A DNA stretch of 64,000 bases from Pseudomonadota bacterium (GTDB lineage Bacteria > Bdellovibrionota_C > UBA2361 > OMII01). Shown here in pieces: positions 55,301-64,000 of this stretch. A program made the position numbers and the translations under genes. The notes under the pieces are model-generated. The model worked only from the letters and a program-made list of their open reading frames with translations. It searched no databases and was not told the origin of the DNA. Position 1 is the stretch's first letter. Every line of letters starts with the position of its first letter. The DNA lies in the NCBI GenBank assembly GCA_046300175.1, contig JBKCMS010000067.1, positions 5,417 through 69,416 on the forward strand, read 5' to 3'.

Positions 55301-58125
55301 CGCCCCGGATTCTGCGGCTTGAAAGAGCAGGAAAATGTCGCCGTGCTTGATACTCCTTGGCATTTATGGGCTACGACCCAGATTTTTTCGTAACGATTGG
55401 TGTAGGCATTACCCGCACTCTTTACTCTAGCAACCTTGATCTCCTCATATTCGACGGTTAATGCGAGTGCATATCCATTAACTAATTCGCCTGCATCATC
55501 GACTACTAGCGCACTTACAGAGGCTTCCTTATCAGTAGAGAGTATCCAATCATCCTGTTTAACTCCAACGAAGCGGCTTCGACCGATAAATGGAACTTTT
55601 GACTGACTAGTAACGAACTTGCCTCGGTCGTCGCGGACTGCGCTTTCTACCATTAGGTGACCAAATGGCAGATCGTTTCCTGCCAGATCGAAAGACGTAA
55701 CTAGGTCGCCCTGAGTATTTAGGAGTTCCTCTTGCTGGCTAACGGTTTTGTCGCTCAAGGCGCTGCTGAATGTGAAATTCTTGGCGCGAGGGTCTTTGGG
55801 AGCAATAGGGCTGCCTATCAGTCGAGCTGTGACCCGTGTAGCTGCCTCTGCGTATGGGCCACCTGCGTGTAGACGGGCTTCAGTTTTAACCGAGACGCGC
55901 TCCCCCGCACGGAAAACAGTAGACTGAAGATCTGTAGTAACTTTAAAAGCTGCCGGTGTAAAGTCGCTTATGAGTACTCTAAGCGGTTCCCAAGTTTCGT
56001 CAGCGAACGTTGCCTTAAGAACAAACGTATACCAGCCAACTGCTGCCTGATTGCTGGTGGTGAACTCTCCGCTGAACCCACCGAACTCCGAGAGGGTCAC
56101 CTTCGGAATGCTAAAAACTACCTTGTCGGTCGGATCCTTTACCTCTAGGGAGTATCCCTCTCGCGGGGCCGATGTAAAACTTTTATTGTTCTGATCACGC
56201 ACCCAGAGTGCAAACTGTACGGTATCACCGAGGCGATAGAGTCCCTGGGCTGTGGTGCCCCAGGTATGTATGTGACCGTATTGCGTATGAGTCGACGGGT
56301 ATATCTCGCCATCATATACCTGGTAGTCCCAAGTTAATGGAACAACAGCCAAGTCTCCGTCCTTCTCCACCTTTATAAAAAGTGAGGGTTTAGATTCCTC
56401 CCACTGATCGATTTTATTTAGCTGCGGATCGAGTAATACCATGCCAGGTAGCACTGCCGTACCATTTGCATCGGTATCTGTGCTGGCAAGAGAATGAGAT
56501 TTAGGTGAGAGCGCAGATATCTTGTCCGTAACGACCGACACTCGTGCATTCGGCACTGGGGAGCCGCTAGCCATAGACGTTACCCAAATGAGCGAATCAA
56601 AGTGCCCCATCTTAGCATGCACCGCATACGGGGTTACCTGGCTGAAAAATCGCTGTATGTTGTCGTATCTCTGAGCAGGCTTGGCGGTTATTGTGCCTTG
56701 CACTATGCCTGAGCTCCCACCCAACATGTCTCTTATCTTGATTGGGAATGGATAGGCGATGTTGGGCGCTTTGAATGGAGTAAGGGTCTTTACCAAGCCA
56801 AGCTGAGCACCGCGGGTGGTTAGGGTTTGATACGAAAGAGCCAGGGAATCGACATTATTGACTACTAGCGGTAAGTGCGAATCAGTATCCTTTTCCAGGA
56901 CAGAGTGGCGGTGATCAAGCACGTAACGAGCAGGACGATTATCTGTTTTAAAGCTGATAGATAGATCCTTTGTTAGAGTACGATTAAACTCGTCGTATAC
57001 GCCGCCTGCTGGCGCCGAAAATGTGTATGTTGTGTCGGCCTTGAGACCGTATGGCAGATTGATGAAGTAGTGTTGGCCTTGAACGTGATCGCCAGCTAGT
57101 TGGGAGTATGATGGGGTTGTTTCCCATGGATCGAAATCAGTTCGACCGCCGCGAAGATCGGGCTGTGAACTGATAGCTGGCACAACTCTCTCTTTTCGGA
57201 TCGGAGCATTAAACGTCAGTTGAATCGCGTTTAACGGATCACACCGCTTTGTTGATTTCTTCGATGCTTCAAGTGTATCCCCAGCTTTAATAAGAAAGGA
57301 ATTGCCCTTAATATCGCGGCAGGTAATACCTATAAAACTAAAATCGGGGAAAGTGTGGAAGGAGGATATGTTGCGCTCTTCGCGACCAGGCGTTGAGCCC
57401 TTTAAAGATCGTAATCCTGGTGAAATTCGGAGGGTAAGAGCGCTATCGGTTGGCAGATCAGAGTGCGGAGAAATCGACCAGAGACGGCCGGTGTTTCTCG
57501 CTGCTTGTTCTGGCGGCTCTGATGCGTCTGGACTTGGAGTCACTTCAGCCACAGCCACCGAGTATTTCGAGTGTCGTGCATCCTCAAAATGCAGGTGGCT
57601 AGCTAGTGACTCCTGAGTCACCGCTTGATTTGTCATCAATCGAATAGATGGTAATCCTGGCCCCGACCATTCAGTAAACCAGGCACTAGAGATAGTGGGT
57701 AGGGAGGTAGTAAAGCTTCCTGAGTGCGGTTGAGTCAAAACCGCAGACGTTGTGATATCAAACTTTTCGGGTACGGAGAAGTTATAGGTTGTAGCAGGAA
57801 GAGGTAGATCTGCCTTCCCCAAAACACAGGCAAGCGCAGTTGGGCTTTGCCAACGCCATTCGCAATTTAGCGGTGGAGAGAAAGAGATACGCACCTCCTG
57901 ACCAGAGCGACCCATCCGCCCAAGGGGTACAACTGCTTTATCGAACTGGAATACGATCTCGGAAGGCGGGGTCACATTATCCTGAGAGGGTGTCACGCCA
58001 ACGATCTTTGCAATGACGGGATAAGCTGCATCAGCTCCGTGGGCACACGGTGCGGTAGTCGCAAGCCAACAGCACAAAGCAGGGCCGAAAAATTTGAGAA
58101 TTAGTGTTTTTGCTGAGCTGATCAT
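52324..58125 (-). CDS. bacterial alpha-2-macroglobulin family protein (1933 aa) with thioester motif
   Basis: Thioester CWEQ in MRDYPYECWEQK (codons at 53896-53907). Signal/lipobox-like N-terminus. Very long array of beta-sandwich MG-like domains. Paired with pbpC. Confidence 0.9.
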   Translation of the reverse strand: MISSAKTLILKFFGPALCCWLATTAPCAHGADAAYPVIAKIVGVTPSQDNVTPPSEIVFQFDKAVVPLGRMGRSGQEVRISFSPPLNCEWRWQSPTALACVLGKADLPLPATTYNFSVPEKFDITTSAVLTQPHSGSFTTSLPTISSAWFTEWSGPGLPSIRLMTNQAVTQESLASHLHFEDARHSKYSVAVAEVTPSPDASEPPEQAARNTGRLWSISPHSDLPTDSALTLRISPGLRSLKGSTPGREERNISSFHTFPDFSFIGITCRDIKGNSFLIKAGDTLEASKKSTKRCDPLNAIQLTFNAPIRKERVVPAISSQPDLRGGRTDFDPWETTPSYSQLAGDHVQGQHYFINLPYGLKADTTYTFSAPAGGVYDEFNRTLTKDLSISFKTDNRPARYVLDHRHSVLEKDTDSHLPLVVNNVDSLALSYQTLTTRGAQLGLVKTLTPFKAPNIAYPFPIKIRDMLGGSSGIVQGTITAKPAQRYDNIQRFFSQVTPYAVHAKMGHFDSLIWVTSMASGSPVPNARVSVVTDKISALSPKSHSLASTDTDANGTAVLPGMVLLDPQLNKIDQWEESKPSLFIKVEKDGDLAVVPLTWDYQVYDGEIYPSTHTQYGHIHTWGTTAQGLYRLGDTVQFALWVRDQNNKSFTSAPREGYSLEVKDPTDKVVFSIPKVTLSEFGGFSGEFTTSNQAAVGWYTFVLKATFADETWEPLRVLISDFTPAAFKVTTDLQSTVFRAGERVSVKTEARLHAGGPYAEAATRVTARLIGSPIAPKDPRAKNFTFSSALSDKTVSQQEELLNTQGDLVTSFDLAGNDLPFGHLMVESAVRDDRGKFVTSQSKVPFIGRSRFVGVKQDDWILSTDKEASVSALVVDDAGELVNGYALALTVEYEEIKVARVKSAGNAYTNRYEKIWVVAHKCQGVSSTATFSCSFKPQNPGRYRATARIVDIQGREHTSSIERWATGPGNVVWQNETSNQLQIIPEKTTYRVGEVARFMIQNPFPVGHALLTVERYGVQKFWNKTLTDTAAVFEVPITPDHIPGFFFSATVMSPRVDKPVDGQVDLGKPTFRIGYAQIDVDDPAKQLVVNVRTEKKDYKPNDTVTVDLSVTPGIEPVAPVEFAVTVIDESVFDLISSGRTYFDPYKGFYSLDGLDIKNYNLLKMLIGRQHFEKKGASPGGDGGSKLDMRSVKKYVSYWNPALRADPNGRASFSFQAPDNLTGWKVLAMALTPEDKMGLGDTRFVVNKDTEVRSAMPNQVRSGDSFSAIFTVMNRTDKPRTLNIESTIQGHAVTALPLKLSLLTEPFKRYPVSIKATAVQEGTAQIQLKAFDSIGGDSLGVSLPILPRTVAQTAVSIGSSSGATVTEPVQVPLDIDLKQGSIGAVISSSLLGGLDGAFAYMRDYPYECWEQKISKALMAAYALELRPFLPKSFVWPSAKDTITQTLAVISKHQAPNGGMAFYSPLDEHVSPYLSAFTALALNWLEELGYSIPDAPRSKLTHYLETVLRNEISLSPGPNNIADDSPDEMRATVRAVALTALAKTPKRGAQSRVNINDLHRISPKLSTMGLFGRSLYLQAALALGPSAKSAWQESVRRVLASGVEANGEFALRDPQYHASPWLLDSDMRSQCAALDALISFKSNAGAEDNSLVNNTIEKLARALVIDRKRKSHWTNTQENLFCVRALASYAKNIEGRNAGINVDVAVGSKSLANLAIIPSSSEPVEVSRPLEPTDPGNSIVVSLKPSGSGRFYYSTRLTYAPKEQQASAINAGMEIIREFAVKRNGNWTALNSPINLKRGELVTINIFVRVSTPRYFVVLNDPIPGGLEPVNRDLATSSTVDTEQDGFAGPVSSLWFTKTGWIDFAEGRGGFYHRELRHSSARFYSEYLAPGDYYLSYVAQAIAPGNFAVPPAHSEAMYDPSIFGESSSSLLVVEE

Positions 58126-58424
58126 GACGTGTAATGCTAAATCAAATGAACGAAAAACGAGGATAAATCCGATAATCTGAGACGGCTAATATCCTGAACT
58201 GCGCTGTTTAGGTTACTGCCACGCTCCTATAACTTAGCCGGCTTTAGGGGAAAACACTAGAACTGGCAAATGACGGGCCAATAAAGTGTCGGATCAAACC
58301 GGCTCCCTAATCTCGTGCTAATGCGCTGATTTTAAGGGCTCAGCTGGGATATCGTTTCTCGTGTCGCGCAAGAGATGAGGGCTAACCGTTAAAGCTCCTG
58401 GCAGAGTGAGCCGACTCTACCTAA

Positions 58425-60407
58425 ATGCTGTTGAAGTTTCCGGTAAAGCCGGTTGTATCTCTGCTCATCATCGGCTTAATCAGCGTCCGACAGACGCATG
58501 CGCAGGACCAGAAACTTGTGTTCGAAGGGGCCGTTGTCTCTGCGCGGGGCAAGACACGGGCGCTATCAGCAATCAGCTCAGGTCTTCCTGGGGTACTTCC
58601 TAAGGATCGCCACGCCGAATATCTAGGAGCAGGAGCTCTGCTAATCAGGCCTAAAAAGGAGGTGGGTTTACAGGCTATCCCTGGAGGAGTTGAATCTCCG
58701 AGGCTGTACTCACGCCGCCTTGATCCCTGCAAGCTGGCTAGAGAGAGAAGGTGGATGAGGCGCATTCTCGGTCGCTTTCGCTGTGAGTCAAACCATGCCT
58801 ATTTCACCTCTGCCGTGCCTAACGACGCGCTATATTCGAATCAGTACGCCAGCAGTTTTATGTCACTACCGGATGCTTGGGATAAGACTACCGGTTCAAG
58901 CGATCGGCTTGCTTTGGTGATCGACACTGGCGTGCTTTACACTCATCCCGATTTGGCGAGCAACATGTGGAGCAATCCAGGCGAGATACCAGGGGATGGA
59001 GTCGATAATGACTCAAACGGTTATATAGACGATGTGCACGGTATCAATGCGATAACTAACACAGGAGACCCCACAGACGATAATGGTCACGGCACGCACT
59101 GCGCCGGTATTTTAGGCGGCCGAGGTAATAATTCACAAGGCGTTGCAGGTGTAGCATGGACTACTAAGATAGTCGCAGCTAAGTTTTTGTCCAGTTCAGG
59201 AAGCGGCAGCCTTTCGAACGCTATAAAGGCGATTCAGTACGGCACAGCACTCAGAAATGCAGGCTATAAGATCGTCGTTAGTAATAATTCATGGGGAGGC
59301 GGAAGCTATAGCAGCTCACTAGCCGGTGCGATAACCGCCGCTAGAGATGCTGGTATACTCTTTGTCGCTGCGGCCGGAAACTCTGCATCAAACAATGATA
59401 CATCGCCATCGTACCCAGCCAGCTATTCCGTCAGTAATGTGATCGCTGTAGCCTCCACTACATCAGCAGGAACACTCTCGAGCTTCTCTAACTACGGAGC
59501 GACAAGTGTCCACATTGCGGCTCCAGGGTCAAGTATCGTGAGCTCCTATCTGAGTAACGACTATGCTTACCTTAGTGGCACCTCGATGGCGGCCCCTCAA
59601 GTAGCTGGTGTAGCGCTCTTGGTGCAGTCTGTCTGCGCTAGTCTACTGAGTGTTGAGCAGGTCAGGAATGCCATAGTAGGCACTGGGCAGCAGTACGGAT
59701 CGCTTGATGGAAAGGTAAGTACATCGGCCATAGTCAATGCCAACGGCGCTGTGATAGCAGCCCAGGCCCACTGTCCTACTACCTCAACGGCAACTCCGAC
59801 TGTGACTGCAACCTTCAGTGCAACAGCAACAGCTACTACTCCTACAGCAACTCCGACCGCGACTAATACAGCTACACCGGTACCACCAACTGCCACCCCT
59901 TTACCAACGGTGACGCCATCACCACCACCAGTTACTCCAACATCGGCCCCTGTTTTCGCAACTCCGACCCCTAGGGTCACTGCCACGGTAACTCCCAGAG
60001 CTACACCGCGATTTGTGCGTAAAGCCCTACTAGTTGTTACCCCCGGTGAAGTAAGTAGTGGCAGCTCTGTAACCATAGCAATCAAAGAGGGCGGGTCAGA
60101 GCGCTCTGCGTCATTACGGGTATTCGGCAAGGATGGCAAGCGAACTTATGCCTGCTCAAGTATGAGCCTTCCATTGATTGGGGGTGCCGTTTCAATAAAT
60201 GCAACGATGCCATCCGCAATCACTAAATTCAAGACGATGCAGCTATTTGTTACTGTCGGTCGGCGGACGATGCAAAGTCAGGTGGGCGTTTCGGCAGCGC
60301 GGCCATCCACGAATCACCGTGAAGCTAGCACAGCATTCCAACAGGTGTGTGGCTCAATTAGCCGAGCCGCGCGAGTTGCCTCTGCGCGCCAGCGTCAAAG
60401 TTCATGA
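58425..60407 (+). CDS. secreted subtilisin-like (S8) serine protease with Thr/Pro-rich linker and C-terminal domain
   Basis: Signal peptide. Triad motifs VIDTGV (Asp), HGTHCAG (His), GTSMAAPQVAG (Ser). Linker TATPTVTATFSATATATTPTATPTATNTATPVPPTATPLPTVTPSPPPVTPT. Confidence 0.9.
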   Translation: MLLKFPVKPVVSLLIIGLISVRQTHAQDQKLVFEGAVVSARGKTRALSAISSGLPGVLPKDRHAEYLGAGALLIRPKKEVGLQAIPGGVESPRLYSRRLDPCKLARERRWMRRILGRFRCESNHAYFTSAVPNDALYSNQYASSFMSLPDAWDKTTGSSDRLALVIDTGVLYTHPDLASNMWSNPGEIPGDGVDNDSNGYIDDVHGINAITNTGDPTDDNGHGTHCAGILGGRGNNSQGVAGVAWTTKIVAAKFLSSSGSGSLSNAIKAIQYGTALRNAGYKIVVSNNSWGGGSYSSSLAGAITAARDAGILFVAAAGNSASNNDTSPSYPASYSVSNVIAVASTTSAGTLSSFSNYGATSVHIAAPGSSIVSSYLSNDYAYLSGTSMAAPQVAGVALLVQSVCASLLSVEQVRNAIVGTGQQYGSLDGKVSTSAIVNANGAVIAAQAHCPTTSTATPTVTATFSATATATTPTATPTATNTATPVPPTATPLPTVTPSPPPVTPTSAPVFATPTPRVTATVTPRATPRFVRKALLVVTPGEVSSGSSVTIAIKEGGSERSASLRVFGKDGKRTYACSSMSLPLIGGAVSINATMPSAITKFKTMQLFVTVGRRTMQSQVGVSAARPSTNHREASTAFQQVCGSISRAARVASARQRQSS

Positions 60408-60956
60408 TAAATCCAAAGTGGCTCAGAGTAGGGGCCACAACATCACGTTTTAGCTAGAGACCGATCTGGAAAGGTTATACCAAAGAAAAGGGAATTGAAT
60501 AAAAGTCCTAGGGAGGTAGCTGTAAAGTTAATCGCTGATAGCTTGAGCTTGTAGCGCCCCCCTGCTCCCCCGTTTTATCCTTTGAATGCCTACCCATAAC
60601 TAAGTTGAATCTAAAAAGAGGTGGTTTTGTAAATTCCAGGCGCCTACCGTGATCATGCCAGGTTAGTTAAAGAAACCGACTAAAGCGCCGATGGTAATCT
60701 ATGCAATCTCCGCCCTCTTCAACTGCTCTTTTTCAGTTAAAAGAGCGCATGTGGCGGCACTAGTCGGAAATAGTTTGGCTTGGTCGGGGGGGGGCTGATT
60801 TTCTGCGTAATTGAGTAGCTGACACAGCTGCCTGAGGGCTCCGCAGTTTTCTCTCATTAACGCCCTGGCGTCTGCTCCGAATGGGGGGGGTCCGGCATCC
60901 GAATCTATAGGGGAGAGGTGTAGTTCAGAACGAACACCCCGGGTGCTGGTAGAGGT

Positions 60957-63056
60957 ATGCAGGTAGCCCGCGCGAAACCATCTTTTTATCCTCAGGGAGA
61001 AGAGGGTGCCCAGTTTTACGAGCCTGGGTATGTGATTGCTGGACGCTATCGCATCAGGCGCGCTTTGGGCCGGGGCGGCATGGGTTCGGTGTACCTTGCA
61101 GAAGATCTGGTACTAGGAGAGAGCGGAGTAGCCATAAAGGTGCTACAGCGCGGGGGTTCAGAGGATCGTCTGGCGATAAATCGCTTTCTAAGTGAGGTGC
61201 GACTCACTCACAAGATTCAGCATGAAAACGTAGTTCGCACATTCGACTTCGGCCAGGATGGGGATTCCATATACTACACTATGGAGTACCTGGCAGGGGA
61301 ATCACTGCAGGTGGTGATTCGAAACGGAGGGCTGCCGTATCGTACCGTTGTTGATATGGCTAGCCAGTTGATGCGGGGTTTGGCAGCTGTTCATAGCGTC
61401 GGAGTGGTGCACCGCGACCTGAAGCCAGCAAACGTTATAGTTGCTAGCGATGGAACCCTCAAGATTACTGACTTTGGAATCGCTCGGGCTGTGACGGCGC
61501 CTACGACCATGTTTGCATCGGATGTTTTCGGCACTTTGAGGTACGTAGCTCCAGAGGCACTGCAGGGAGAGGCGGCAACAAAGGCGGTGGATTTTTATGC
61601 CCTCGGCGTGATTCTGTTTGAACTGCTAACTGGAACTGCACCTTTAAATGAGGAGAATCCGGCTAGGCTAATTTTGGCGAAGATAGAGCAGCAGGTTCCG
61701 TCGATTGCATCGCTTCGCTCTGATCTTCCTGGTTGGCTGAGTGAGGGTATCGATGGTCTCTTAGAACGTAGTCCGGCAACCCGCATGGATGCAGTCCGCG
61801 CCTTCGCAGTAGCACTCGATCGCCATTCATCGTACGTGCCCGCCGGGAGTGGACGTCGCCTAGCGGAGTCGGTGGATGTCGCAGCCCCCTCTCAAAGGGT
61901 AGGATCATGGAGAGATTGTCAGCGTCTTTATCTCGCGCTGCCATTCACCACGCTACTCTGGGTGCTGCTGATCTCTCTTTTTGTCCTACCGATCTCGCAG
62001 ACAGAGATGTTTAGCCGCCTTGAGGCAAGCCACGCAGATATGCTCTATCGTCTGCGCGGACCAGGTGAGCCTCATCCAGGAATAGTTGTAGTCTCGATGG
62101 ACGAGCAGAGTTGCCAGCGGTTGGGAGTTCCTCTAACGGGTCATTGGCCGCGTTTACTGCATGCCAAGCTACTTAATGCGCTGGCAGATGCCGGAGCTAA
62201 GCGGGTCGTCTTCGATGTTATATTTGCTAACTCTGACCGCGAAAACGAGTCTGATCGAGCGCTCGCTGAAGCGATGAAGCGCGTGCCAACGGTGCTTGGC
62301 GCAGCGCTTGGATTGTCGCAACGGGCAACGATTAACGGGGCATTTTTACTTGAGGAGCTTCTACAGCCGGCAGAGATGTTCGAGGCCGAGAGTGTCGGAA
62401 TAGGAGTAGTCGGTCTTCCGCTCAACTTGGGAAGGGTGCGCGAATTTCCCAGAGCCGTATCTGAGGTGTTTTCAGGGATAACAACTCTGGCTGAGATGGC
62501 TGTGGCGCTTGATCGAGATGATACCACGGCACCTCCCGTCGGTTCCCTGATTAATTTCTACGGTCCAGGTCGGTCGATCCCGACCATCCCGTATGAGCTG
62601 GTTGTATCTGATGAATCTCCTCTTCCAAGAGCTGTATTTGAAGGGAAGGTAGTATTCGTTGGTTTAGGTCTACGTAGTAGTACTGGCGCGTCACAGAGAG
62701 ATGCATTTATTACCCCATATGACCAGCAGACTTTCGGCGCTGAGATACACGCAACGGCGGCATCGAACCTTCTAAAGCGTGATTGGATACAGCAGCCCTC
62801 TAATTCTGTAGCAGCCCTAATGACTTTTGGTTGGGCCGTTGTTCTATCAGCAATCATCGTCGTGCTCAGTGGCGTAAGGACATTAATAACTCTGGGAACT
62901 GCGGTTACCCTAATTTGTCTATTTCAATTTTTTCTCTTTCTTTCTGGTTCGCTTATCCCAGTTGTGGGTGGTGTAGTGTGGGGTATATTTAGCGGATTAC
63001 TCCTCAGGATCGCCTTAGTGCCCTCATCAGCGCGACTTTGGCGAGGTAGGCTATGA
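60957..63056 (+). CDS. Ser/Thr protein kinase fused to a CHASE2 sensor and C-terminal TM bundle
   Basis: Kinase motifs: GRGGMGSVY, AIKVL, HRDLKPANV, DFGIAR, APE. CHASE2-like segment: VVVSMDEQSCQRLGVPLTGHWPRLLHAKLLNALADAGAKRVVFDVIF. Three hydrophobic helices at the C-terminus. Confidence 0.85.
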   Translation: MQVARAKPSFYPQGEEGAQFYEPGYVIAGRYRIRRALGRGGMGSVYLAEDLVLGESGVAIKVLQRGGSEDRLAINRFLSEVRLTHKIQHENVVRTFDFGQDGDSIYYTMEYLAGESLQVVIRNGGLPYRTVVDMASQLMRGLAAVHSVGVVHRDLKPANVIVASDGTLKITDFGIARAVTAPTTMFASDVFGTLRYVAPEALQGEAATKAVDFYALGVILFELLTGTAPLNEENPARLILAKIEQQVPSIASLRSDLPGWLSEGIDGLLERSPATRMDAVRAFAVALDRHSSYVPAGSGRRLAESVDVAAPSQRVGSWRDCQRLYLALPFTTLLWVLLISLFVLPISQTEMFSRLEASHADMLYRLRGPGEPHPGIVVVSMDEQSCQRLGVPLTGHWPRLLHAKLLNALADAGAKRVVFDVIFANSDRENESDRALAEAMKRVPTVLGAALGLSQRATINGAFLLEELLQPAEMFEAESVGIGVVGLPLNLGRVREFPRAVSEVFSGITTLAEMAVALDRDDTTAPPVGSLINFYGPGRSIPTIPYELVVSDESPLPRAVFEGKVVFVGLGLRSSTGASQRDAFITPYDQQTFGAEIHATAASNLLKRDWIQQPSNSVAALMTFGWAVVLSAIIVVLSGVRTLITLGTAVTLICLFQFFLFLSGSLIPVVGGVVWGIFSGLLLRIALVPSSARLWRGRL

Positions 63057-64000
63057 GACTACATAGAGTGGGTGCCGGTATTGAAATGGCGCGTCTGCTC
63101 CGAATCCCCGCAGCCTTTGAATCTCTGCTGCTCTACCTAGCTATGCTCGGTTTAAAGCCTTCAAAAAGCTCAAAATATCTTTGGCGTATCCTCTGCGCGC
63201 CTGTATTGTTTTTGCCTTCCTTCACAGCTCCTTTTAAGTTCCGAAATCACACACTCTTATTGGTTACTTTATTGGCTCACGTCTGGATTGTTCAAGCACA
63301 CAGTGAGGAGAGCACTTCGGTGTCAGATGTAGTGCTGGTTGGGCAAAGCGGTAGCGAGGAACCTCTCGGCGTTGAAGTAGTGTGTGCAAATGAAGCTTCT
63401 CGCCCAGAGGATGATGGGCACTCCCTTGCAGTATTAGCGATAGGGGCAGCAGGAGCACAAGGCGGGGTAGGTAGGGTTTACATCTATCAATCAAGCACCT
63501 ACCTACAGACACTAGAGCCCGAATCTGATTTGCCAGTTGCTCGATTTGGCTCTGCGATGGGGTGGATCGATGATATCAACGGCGATTTGGTCGATGATCT
63601 AATTGTAGGAGCCCCTGGTTCGGCTGGTCGCATTGATGGAGGGGTGTACGCATTTACTAGTAGATTGAGTGATGGTCGGCTAAAATACTCACTTTGTGGC
63701 GCTCTGCAAGGTCCAAGCGGCTTAGGTGAGCGCATGAAGGCTCTACGAAGAGGTGCCGTGGAGGGCTCCGCTAATCTGATCGTGGCTGACCCACTAAGCG
63801 GTCGCATCGATGGTTTTATTCTCTCTACTGATGATCAGGGTCTCTGCACCTTTTCAGCTCTGGGCGAATTCATAATTCCGAGTACAGAGGGAGACGTCTC
63901 GCCGCTGTTTATAGAGGCTGATGTTCAGCAGAGTGAGGGGCTAGTTGTCGCTGGTGGGGGAGATTGCGGCGTATCTCTAAGCTCAGAATATCAGGGGGGG
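63053..64000 (+). CDS. FG-GAP/integrin-alpha-like repeat protein, 3'-truncated by the window edge (absent from ORF track)
   Basis: I translated this frame by hand from the ATG at 63053, which overlaps the kinase stop as ATGA. There is no stop through 64000. Signal-like LLLVTLLAHVWIVQAHS. FG-GAP motif ARFGSAMGWIDDINGDLVDDLIVGAPGSAGRIDGGVYAF. Confidence 0.6.
   Translation, partial: MRLHRVGAGIEMARLLRIPAAFESLLLYLAMLGLKPSKSSKYLWRILCAPVLFLPSFTAPFKFRNHTLLLVTLLAHVWIVQAHSEESTSVSDVVLVGQSGSEEPLGVEVVCANEASRPEDDGHSLAVLAIGAAGAQGGVGRVYIYQSSTYLQTLEPESDLPVARFGSAMGWIDDINGDLVDDLIVGAPGSAGRIDGGVYAFTSRLSDGRLKYSLCGALQGPSGLGERMKALRRGAVEGSANLIVADPLSGRIDGFILSTDDQGLCTFSALGEFIIPSTEGDVSPLFIEADVQQSEGLVVAGGGDCGVSLSSEYQGG

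Noticed and set aside
60868-63105. Identical 15-mer gcgtctgctccgaat at 60868-60882 and 63091-63105, flanking the kinase gene
   Set aside because: For a 64-kb window read on both strands, a few exact 15-mer coincidences are expected by chance. The similarity does not extend beyond the 15-mer.

Overview
This 64-kb window is chromosomal DNA from a diderm (Gram-negative-type) bacterium. I cannot assign a taxon without a database search. Housekeeping blocks are clear: rplS; the complete cell-shape cluster mreB-mreC-mreD-mrdA-rodA; guaB-type IMPDH, then maf and yggS; a phosphohexomutase with a SurA-like PPIase; mfd; an orphan pilT; and an alpha-2-macroglobulin/pbpC pair.

Between these blocks sit accessory genes:
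- Secreted hydrolases: a reprolysin-like Zn protease, an S1 lipoprotein protease and an S8 subtilase.
- Two large orphan proteins of 843 and 975 aa.
- An IS-scarred island at about 26.4-34.7 kb. It holds a TerB-like gene, an HPF-like gene, an IS630-like relic, two DUF1254/DUF1214 paralogs, an IS91 fragment and a tandem Lrp/AsnC regulator.

I recognised no rRNA, tRNA or CRISPR array.

Most worth following up:
1. A UvrA-derived protein (17134-19233) that keeps its zinc-finger cysteines but has lost every ATPase motif.
2. The 975-aa orphan behind A2M-pbpC, which contains what looks like a decayed sigma54-activator-type AAA+ core.
3. The 843-aa orphan with a glycine-zipper hydrophobic module.
4. 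A Ser/Thr-kinase-CHASE2 fusion whose stop overlaps the start (ATGA) of an FG-GAP protein. That ORF runs off the window and is missing from the supplied ORF track.
5. At least five families of short dispersed intergenic repeats (MITE-like, some clearly derived from an IS630-like element), a roughly 195-bp long-hairpin element after rodA, and two tandem-repeat arrays upstream of rplS.

All functional calls rest on motif recognition by eye. No searches were run.
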